Assembly (NCBI GenBank): GCA_029258835.1
Contig: JAPDJY010000085.1
Location: 1-13,906 of the forward strand
DNA length: 13,906 nucleotides
Direction of reading: 5' to 3'
DNA from: Thermoproteota archaeon
GTDB lineage: Archaea > Asgardarchaeota > Jordiarchaeia > Jordiarchaeales > Freyrarchaeaceae
Made by a program: the position numbers and the translations under genes. Below, in pieces: positions 7,744-13,906 of this stretch (position 1 is the first letter of the stretch; each line of letters starts with the position of its first letter). A model generated the notes under the pieces. The model did no database searches. It was not told where the DNA came from and was given only the letters and a program-made list of their open reading frames with translations.

Positions 7744-9265
7744 GGTAGTCGTCCCGTGGCTCCCCGTAATCCCTTCTCAAGTCCTTTTTCAGTATCTTCC
7801 CCGCCGGGGATTTTGGGAGAGAGTCGACGATGGCCACGTACTTTGGCACCTTGTACTTCGCCAGCTTCCCCCTGCAGAACTCGACGATCTCCTCCTTCGT
7901 TACCGTTTCCCCGGGTTTTGGAACTATTACCGCCTTCCCCACCTCCCCCCACTTCTCGTCTGGAACCCCTATGACGGCGACCTCCTCCACCTTCGGATGC
8001 TGGTATATTACGTTTTCAACTTCAACCGGGTAGACGTTCTCCCCTCCGCTTATGTACATGTCCTTCTTCCTGTCCACTATGTAGTAGAAGCCTTCCTCGT
8101 CCCTTATGGCTATGTCACCTGTGTGGACCCATCCATCCTCGTCTATGGTCTTGGCCGTCTCCTCGGGCATCTCCCAGTACCCTGAGAAGGTGTGAGGCCC
8201 CCTTATGAGGAGCTCGCCCGCCTCCCCCACGCCGACCTCCCCCCCTCTCTCGTTGACGATTTTAACCTCGTTATGGAAGAATGGCACCCCCACCGACCGG
8301 TGCTTCTCCTTCATGTACTCGACTGGCATGTAGAAGTTGTTTGGGCCGGCTTCCGTCAGCCCGTATCCCTGAATGAAGGCTGCACCTCTCCTCCAGAATG
8401 CCTCCATGACTGGGAGCGGGCATGGGGCTCCCCCGGATATCCATATCCTGACGGAGGATAGATCGGTTTTCTCGAACTTGGGCGACTTAGCCATCATGTA
8501 GAACATGGTTGGGGCTCCTATGACTATGGTGCATTTGTACTTTTCCACGGCCTCCAGGACGTCGTCGGGGCTGAACCTCCTCCACGTTATCATTTTCCCT
8601 CCAACGTGTATGAGGGGTACGGCGAGCGTGTTCCATCCTCCGGTGTGGAAGAGTGGAAAGATTATTGGTGAGACGTCCTCGGGGGTTATCCCCCAAGTAA
8701 CTATGGTGTTCACGGAGTTCCAGAAGATCATCCTGTGGGAGAGGATCGCCCCTTTAGGCAGCCCCGTGGTTCCGCCTGTGAAGAGTATCAGGTGCGGGTC
8801 CTCCATTGAAACCTTCGCCCTTCCAGGCCCGCCTCCTTCCTCCTCGAGGGCTGCCTCGTACTCTCCCCCCTCACCCGTCGAGAGGAACTCCGCCCACGTA
8901 GCCTCCTTCCTCACCTTCTCCACGACCTCGTCGAACTCTGGGTCGTAGATGAAGACCTTCGGCTTCACCTGCTTAACCAAGTGGATGACCTCCTTGGGGG
9001 AGAGCCTTATGTTTAGGGGGGCTAGAATGGCTCCGAGCTTCCCTGTGGCGAAGAAGGCGTCGAAGCACTCAACGCAGTTTCTCATGAGAAACGAGACCCG
9101 GTCTCCCTTACCGACGCCTTTCTTGGCAAGGTAGCCTGCAAGCCTTTTAGCTCTAGAGTCCAGTTCGCCATAAGTAAATGATTTCCCCTCGAAGATCAGA
9201 GCCTCCCTTCTAGGCGTTAGCGATGCTCGTCTGCCAGACCAGTCTCCAACCCAGCTCCAGCACAT
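7724..9265 (-). CDS. AMP-forming acyl-CoA synthetase (long-chain-fatty-acid-CoA ligase / MenE-like)
   Basis: Adenylate-forming motifs FTGGTTGLPKG, GYGLTEAG, TGDI, DRKKDMYISGGENVYP and PKSPAGKILK. ATG 9265 is preceded by an AGGAGGTGA SD that overlaps the upstream stop. Confidence 0.95.
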   Translation of the reverse strand: MCWSWVGDWSGRRASLTPRREALIFEGKSFTYGELDSRAKRLAGYLAKKGVGKGDRVSFLMRNCVECFDAFFATGKLGAILAPLNIRLSPKEVIHLVKQVKPKVFIYDPEFDEVVEKVRKEATWAEFLSTGEGGEYEAALEEEGGGPGRAKVSMEDPHLILFTGGTTGLPKGAILSHRMIFWNSVNTIVTWGITPEDVSPIIFPLFHTGGWNTLAVPLIHVGGKMITWRRFSPDDVLEAVEKYKCTIVIGAPTMFYMMAKSPKFEKTDLSSVRIWISGGAPCPLPVMEAFWRRGAAFIQGYGLTEAGPNNFYMPVEYMKEKHRSVGVPFFHNEVKIVNERGGEVGVGEAGELLIRGPHTFSGYWEMPEETAKTIDEDGWVHTGDIAIRDEEGFYYIVDRKKDMYISGGENVYPVEVENVIYQHPKVEEVAVIGVPDEKWGEVGKAVIVPKPGETVTKEEIVEFCRGKLAKYKVPKYVAIVDSLPKSPAGKILKKDLRRDYGEPRDDYPSTAPT

Positions 9266-9269
9266 GGGG

Positions 9270-10130
9270 TCACCTCCTAACATTCAGGACTATTCTTTTA
9301 GGTTGAGGGGTAAAGGCCCCCTCGTCGACCTCTCCCAAGAAGTCCATCACCACCCTGTTGAAGAGGCGGGCGTTCTCTATGAAGAGGAGGTGGGAGCCGC
9401 CTTCGAAGAGAACCAGCCTTGAGTTGGGTATGGTCTCCGCCAAGAGCTCCGCGTTCCTGCACGGGACAACCCTATCCTTCGTTCCGGCCACTATGAGGGT
9501 TGGGGCCTTTATGCGTGAGACGGCCTCACCGAGGCTGAAGCTTCGGACGGCCTCAGCCTGCCTTAGCCAAGCGTACCTTGGCTGGGCTTCCTCTATCCTC
9601 CAAGCTATTATCTGGTTTATTTCCTCCGGGTGCTCCTCCATGTACTCCGGGTTGAACGCGTAGGACATTTTCCTCCTCAACGCCTCCTCAACCCCAACAT
9701 CCTCCTCCCTTATACTCAAGATCGCATCCATGGTTTCCTTTGGGGTTGGGAGAGCCTTCCCCCCTCCAAAGTGCGTGGATACCAGGACGATGCCAGCCAC
9801 CATGTCCGGGTACTTGAGGGCGAACTGCTGGGCTATGAAGCCTCCCATGGAAACCCCTAAAACATGTGCTCTTTCAACTTCGATGCTGTCTAGGAGCTCC
9901 TTTAGGTCGTCGGCGAACATTTCTATGGTGTAGGGTTCATCGGGCTTATCGCTCATCCCAACCCCCCTGTTATCGAAGACTATGCACGAATACCTGATGG
10001 GGAGCATGCGGAGCTGCTTAAACCACATCCACCGGGAGTACCCCCACCCCTCAATCATAGCCAGCGGGAACCCTTCACCGTGAACCTCAAAGAATAGCCT
10101 TACTCCATCCCTAAGGGTCACATAGGGCAC
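9270..10130 (-). CDS. alpha/beta fold hydrolase (esterase / enol-lactonase-like)
   Basis: Motifs FDNRGVG, GVSMGG (Ser), GTKDRVV (Asp) and GGSHLL (His). GTG 10130 has a GGAGGGGG RBS; the ORF track start at 10193 is probably too long. Confidence 0.92.
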   Translation of the reverse strand: MPYVTLRDGVRLFFEVHGEGFPLAMIEGWGYSRWMWFKQLRMLPIRYSCIVFDNRGVGMSDKPDEPYTIEMFADDLKELLDSIEVERAHVLGVSMGGFIAQQFALKYPDMVAGIVLVSTHFGGGKALPTPKETMDAILSIREEDVGVEEALRRKMSYAFNPEYMEEHPEEINQIIAWRIEEAQPRYAWLRQAEAVRSFSLGEAVSRIKAPTLIVAGTKDRVVPCRNAELLAETIPNSRLVLFEGGSHLLFIENARLFNRVVMDFLGEVDEGAFTPQPKRIVLNVRR

Positions 10131-10254
10131 TGCAACCCCCTCCCGCAAGGGCGAAAGGTTCCTAATCCCTATCAGACACCTCCACTCTCCCAAAAGCCAC
10201 CATTACAGGGTACCTCCCCTCTAATAGAATCGGCAGAGGACACTATGGTACCCT

Positions 10255-10274
10255 TAATTTATTTAATGTTTCCG
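10255..10274 (-). promoter_or_regulatory. putative BRE-TATA promoter of the hydrolase-ligase operon
   Basis: The minus strand reads GGAAACATTAAATAAATTA, the only AT-rich island in the intergenic region. Confidence 0.5.
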
Positions 10275-10538
10275 TGGTGCAGCCAGATGTTCGGGCGCTC
10301 TGCCGGGGACGGCGGCTACCCTGAGACGGGCTGATGGGCCGGTAAACACGCCTCGGGAAACAGGCCTCACCGAGTTGGGAGTGGTTTACGGTTGGCTCGG
10401 GTGAGGCGGTTTACAGCTCCAGCTGCTGCCCTTCATGTACCGGCGGGGTGGACGGCGGAGACCTAGAGGTTACAGGGGGAGGGGCGGTAAGCTTTTTAGC
10501 GTTTTCCTCCCTTCTTTCTCTTAGGGTGGGTGGTTTGA

Positions 10539-11384
10539 TTGGATAGGGAGAAGGAGGAGTTGATAAGGCAGGCTGCGAGGGACATAGTTAAGGCGAGCAA
10601 GGTTGTCGCCCTGACCGGGGCTGGAATATCGACTGAGAGCGGTATCCCGGACTTCAGGGGGCCTGACGGACTGTGGAAGAGGTACGACCCTGAAGAGTTC
10701 ACCTTTTCAAGGTTTATAAGCGACCCGGCGAGGTACTGGAGCATGCACTTATCAATAGCGAGAAGCGAGTTTTCCATGCTCAAAGCCGAGCCCAACCCAG
10801 CCCACTACGCCCTCGCGAGGCTGGAGGAACTGGGTAAGCTTGACTGCGTAATAACCCAGAACGTTGACGGGTTACACCAGAAGGCAGGGAGCAAGAACGT
10901 GATAGAGTTTCATGGAAACGTAAGGGAGGCTGTCTGCATGAGCTGCAGAAACATTATACCTATAGAAGAAGCCCACAGGAAGGCTGAGGAGGGGGAGCTG
11001 CCTCCACGCTGCGACAACTGCGGAGGCGTCCTTAAGCCTAACGCGATCCTCTTCGAGGAGCCCATACCCAGGGAGGCGCTGCTTAGGGCCGAGGAGGAGG
11101 CGATACTGTGCGATTTAATGCTGGTCGTCGGCACATCTGCCGTGGTGTACCCTGCGGCGGACCTTCCAAGGATAGCTAAGGAGAAGAGGAGTTACCGTAA
11201 CTGGCTGGTCGTAGGATACCAGCCTCACGTTCCCGGCGGCTACGGAGCGAAGGTGATTGAAATCAACATGGAGCCCACGCCATTAACAGGGATCATATCA
11301 GACTACATTATAGAGGGTAGAGCGGGGGAAATCCTACCTCGAATAGTTGATGAAGTCGAGAGAATGGTTAAAAGTGAGGGGTGA
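10539..11384 (+). CDS. cobB: NAD-dependent protein deacylase, Sir2 family
   Basis: Motifs GAGISTESGIPDFRG, TQNVDGLH, HG, CxxC...CxxC zinc site, VGTSAVVYPAA and EIN. TTG start with GGTGGGTGG RBS. Confidence 0.95.
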   Translation: MDREKEELIRQAARDIVKASKVVALTGAGISTESGIPDFRGPDGLWKRYDPEEFTFSRFISDPARYWSMHLSIARSEFSMLKAEPNPAHYALARLEELGKLDCVITQNVDGLHQKAGSKNVIEFHGNVREAVCMSCRNIIPIEEAHRKAEEGELPPRCDNCGGVLKPNAILFEEPIPREALLRAEEEAILCDLMLVVGTSAVVYPAADLPRIAKEKRSYRNWLVVGYQPHVPGGYGAKVIEINMEPTPLTGIISDYIIEGRAGEILPRIVDEVERMVKSEG

Positions 11385-12101
11385 GGCTGCGCCGTCCACA
11401 ACCCGTGAACATCTCCCACGTTCAGGACCCGTAGCCACCATTCTCGTATGGGGCCGGGAGCTGGAAGCCCTCCGGCCGGCGAGCAAGATTTCCGCATCAG
11501 CCATCCTCCCCGAAGCCAGCCACGAGGAACCTTTCCACCCTTTCCTATTTGTTTCGGAGTGGCTGTACAGTTGAAGCTGGCTGCGTTGGCTTTTCGATGG
11601 CCTTCGGCTGCCCTCGATGTCTTGAGGGCTTGGAGGCGGGGTAGCCTTAGAAAATCTTTTATTGTCCATGCTGTGTTTCTTCTCTGGGATGAGGAGACGT
11701 GGAGAGTCATGGGAGCTGCGCGATGACCGGGAATCCAACCTCCGACCGTTACCGCTACCCGGCACCATTCCTATGGGTATTACGCATATGAAGATCAGCG
11801 GCTTCCTTCCGGTGTTCCTGTACCAGTGGGGCGTGTTTGGGGGGATGTAGACGGCGGTGTCCCCTGACACCTTGAACTCCTTCTCTCCTATCCCTATGAC
11901 GGCTTCTCCTTGGAGTATGTATATTTCGTGCTCCCAGTCGTGGCTGTGCCTTTTAATTTCCCCTCCTTCCTCCACGACGAAGCGGCGCATTGAAAAGTTT
12001 GGGGCTCCAACCTCCCTAGTTATTAACCACTGAATTTTGGCTTTAACGCCTATCTCACCTACTTCCTCTGCTTCCACGTCGTCCGCCTTCACGACAGCCA
12101 A
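11334..12101 (-). CDS. cupin-domain protein (4-His, TM1459-like); about 110-aa domain at 11775-12101 with apparent stop-codon loss
   Basis: TTG 12101 with GAGGTG RBS. GAPNFSMRRF..GGEIKRHSHDWEHEIYIL...IPPNTPHWYRNTG..LIFICVIP. The frame continues without a stop to 11334. Confidence 0.8.
   Translation of the reverse strand: MAVVKADDVEAEEVGEIGVKAKIQWLITREVGAPNFSMRRFVVEEGGEIKRHSHDWEHEIYILQGEAVIGIGEKEFKVSGDTAVYIPPNTPHWYRNTGRKPLIFICVIPIGMVPGSGNGRRLDSRSSRSSHDSPRLLIPEKKHSMDNKRFSKATPPPSPQDIEGSRRPSKSQRSQLQLYSHSETNRKGWKGSSWLASGRMADAEILLAGRRASSSRPHTRMVATGPERGRCSRVVDGAASPLTFNHSLDFINYSR
11686..11748 (+). ncRNA. candidate box C/D-like sRNA
   Basis: ATGAGGA (11689-11695) and CCGA (11742-11745) span 57 nt with two 12-nt segments. 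GAAAATCTTTTATT promoter-like element at 11650-11663. Confidence 0.3.
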
Positions 12102-12127
12102 GAGCCACACCTCGAAACCATTGAGAA

Positions 12128-12150
12128 GGAATCTGCTTAAATATGTTCCT
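12128..12150. promoter_or_regulatory. shared AT-rich core of the divergent cupin / nrdJ promoters
   Basis: CTTAAATATG reads TTAAATA on + and ATATTTAA on -. It is the only TATA-like element in the 100-bp divergent spacer. Confidence 0.4.
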
Positions 12151-12201
12151 TGAGAAAGAGGATGGTAGGAGAGTGCAGGAGTCAAGGGGAGCTGGATAGA
12201 A

Positions 12202-13906
12202 GTGTCCTTCTCCATTTCGAAGGTTAGGAAGAGGGATGGAAGGATAGTTGACTTTGACCTGTCTAAGATAGCGGAGGCGATCAGGAAGGCCTTCGTGGCG
12301 GTTGGTAGGGAGGACGGGAAGGAGGCGTGGAGGCTCGCCAAGCAGGTTGCCGAACGGTTGGAGGAGAAGTTTGCAGGCCAGGTTCCCGGGGTTGAGGACA
12401 TACAGGACGTCGTCGAGGACACACTCATAAAGAACGGGTTCTCTGACGTGGCTAAGGCGTACATACTTTACAGGCGGGAGCGGTCGGAGCTAAGGGAGGC
12501 GAAGAAGTTCATAGGCGTATGGGACGACTTGAAGCTGACTGTTAACGCCGTTAAGATCCTCGAGAAAAGGTACCTCCTGAAGGACGAGAAGGGGAGGGTT
12601 GTGGAGACGCCTTCAGGCATGTTTCGCAGGGTTGCCAGGAGCATAGCCTTACCCGACAGGAAGTATGGGGGTGACGTGGAGGAGACTGCTAGGGTGTTCC
12701 ACAACGTAATGGTTAACCTAGAGTTTCTCCCAAACTCTCCCACCCTGATGAACGCCGGAACAGACATAGGCCAGCTGTCCGCATGCTTCGTCCTACCCGT
12801 TGAGGACTCGATTGAGGGAATATTTGACGCCTTAAAGTACATGGCTCTGATCCACAAGTCTGGCGGCGGAACCGGCTTCTCTTTCTCACGTCTGAGGCCT
12901 AAGGGCGACGTTGTGAAGTCTACTGGAGGCGTCGCCAGCGGCCCCGTGTCCTTCATGAAGATATTCGACGTTGCGACCGACGTCATAAAGCAGGGTGGGA
13001 GGAGGAGGGGTGCCAACATGGGTATTTTGAGGGTTGACCACCCAGACATAGTGGAGTTCATAACGGCTAAGTCGGAGGAGGGGGTGCTGTCAAACTTTAA
13101 CATATCCGTGGCTGTGACCGACGAGTTCATGAGGAAGGTTGAGAGAGACGAGGAGTACGAGCTCGTAAACCCTCGAAGCGGGGAGGCCGTGAGGAGCGTC
13201 AGAGCTAGGGACATATTTGACCTCATAGTCGCCAACGCCTGGCGAACCGGGGATCCCGGACTCGTCTTCCTAGACGAGATAAACAGGAGGAACCCTACCC
13301 CTGACTTGGGGATGATCGAGGCTACGAACCCGTGTGGCGAGGTTCCATTGCTGCCGTATGAGTCGTGCAACCTTGGGTCGATCAACCTTTCTAGGATGGT
13401 TTCCCAGGGGGACGTGGACTGGGAGAAGCTGAGGAGCAGGGTTAGGGTAGCCGTCCACTTCCTAGACAACGTCATAGACGCTAACAGGTATCCTCTTCCT
13501 CAAATAGAGGAGATGACCAAGGCTAACAGGAAGGTAGGGCTAGGGGTTATGGGGTTCGCGGAGATGCTCATACAGCTTGAAGTGCCATACGACTCCAGGG
13601 AGGCCCTCTCCATAGCTGAGAAGGTCATGAAGTTTATTTCGGATGAGGCGAGGAGCAAGTCCGTTGAGCTGGGAGAGGAGAGGGGCTCCTTCCCGAACTT
13701 TGAGAGAAGCATATGGGCTAGGGGTTACCCTGCTATGAGGAATGCGACTGTTACGTCGATAGCCCCAACGGGGTCTATAAGTATAATAGCGGGGACGTCC
13801 AGCGGGATAGAGCCGCTCTTCGCCGTGGCGTTCGTCAGGAACGTTATAGGGACCAAGCTGGTGGAGGTGAACCCCCTGTTCGAGAGGGTTGCTAGGGAGA
13901 GAGGGT
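12202..13906 (+). CDS. nrdJ: adenosylcobalamin-dependent (class II) ribonucleotide reductase with N-terminal ATP cone, 3'-partial
   Basis: GTG 12202 (in-frame TAG upstream). ATP cone [16 protein letters not shown]. Motifs [50 protein letters not shown] and IAPTGSIS. Open to the window end. Confidence 0.95.
   Translation, partial: MSFSISKVRKRDGRIVDFDLSKIAEAIRKAFVAVGREDGKEAWRLAKQVAERLEEKFAGQVPGVEDIQDVVEDTLIKNGFSDVAKAYILYRRERSELREAKKFIGVWDDLKLTVNAVKILEKRYLLKDEKGRVVETPSGMFRRVARSIALPDRKYGGDVEETARVFHNVMVNLEFLPNSPTLMNAGTDIGQLSACFVLPVEDSIEGIFDALKYMALIHKSGGGTGFSFSRLRPKGDVVKSTGGVASGPVSFMKIFDVATDVIKQGGRRRGANMGILRVDHPDIVEFITAKSEEGVLSNFNISVAVTDEFMRKVERDEEYELVNPRSGEAVRSVRARDIFDLIVANAWRTGDPGLVFLDEINRRNPTPDLGMIEATNPCGEVPLLPYESCNLGSINLSRMVSQGDVDWEKLRSRVRVAVHFLDNVIDANRYPLPQIEEMTKANRKVGLGVMGFAEMLIQLEVPYDSREALSIAEKVMKFISDEARSKSVELGEERGSFPNFERSIWARGYPAMRNATVTSIAPTGSISIIAGTSSGIEPLFAVAFVRNVIGTKLVEVNPLFERVARERG

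Noticed and set aside
10440-10490. Minus-strand CCCCTGTAACC similar to the SRP RNA Alu domain
   Set aside because: No helix 8 GNRA/SRP54-binding motif and no long helix 5.
11520-11545. GAGGAACCTTTCCACCC similar to the RNase P RNA P4 5' strand
   Set aside because: Spacing is wrong and no matching 3' conserved region is present.
113-11850. Many short ORFs overlapping called genes (e.g. 113..433, 956..1273, 6613..7023, 8505..8948, 9358..9663, 10496..10795)
   Set aside because: Antisense or alternate-frame shadows with no recognisable motifs.
12468-13475. 335-aa minus-strand ORF, plus the 12102-12464 upstream part of the 376-aa ORF
   Set aside because: Antisense shadows of nrdJ caused by codon bias; no motifs.
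12202-13906. Inteins in nrdJ
   Set aside because: The usual insertion sites (GGG/TG, NP/CGE) are uninterrupted in the visible part.
1-13906. CRISPR array next to the TnpB genes (Cas12f-like system)
   Set aside because: No regularly spaced direct repeats were seen; both tnpB genes are linked to IS607 tnpA.

Overview
Archaeal-type DNA (TTG/GTG starts, GGTG/GGAGG ribosome-binding sites, BRE-TATA promoters). Left to right: (1) an alpha/beta hydrolase running off the left edge, whose 3' part switches to foreign-looking low-GC sequence; (2) two related, decayed IS607 elements (serine-resolvase tnpA + tnpB) in opposite orientations; (3) between them, a small gene remnant with an in-frame TGA followed by a eukaryote/Asgard-type SECIS-like K-turn hairpin, and an intact 454-aa repeat-built membrane transporter; (4) an acyl-metabolism cluster of a FabH-like KAS III with a Cys-His-His triad, an acyl-CoA synthetase, an alpha/beta hydrolase and a divergent Sir2/CobB deacylase; (5) a 4-His cupin that lacks its expected stop codon; (6) the 5' part of a class II ribonucleotide reductase with an ATP cone. 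The most notable signals are the candidate selenoprotein remnant with its SECIS-like element, the omegaRNA fold shared by both IS607 right ends, TnpBs with a RuvC-III Asp-to-Gln change, and a candidate C/D-box sRNA. Family assignments come from motif recognition, not database searches.
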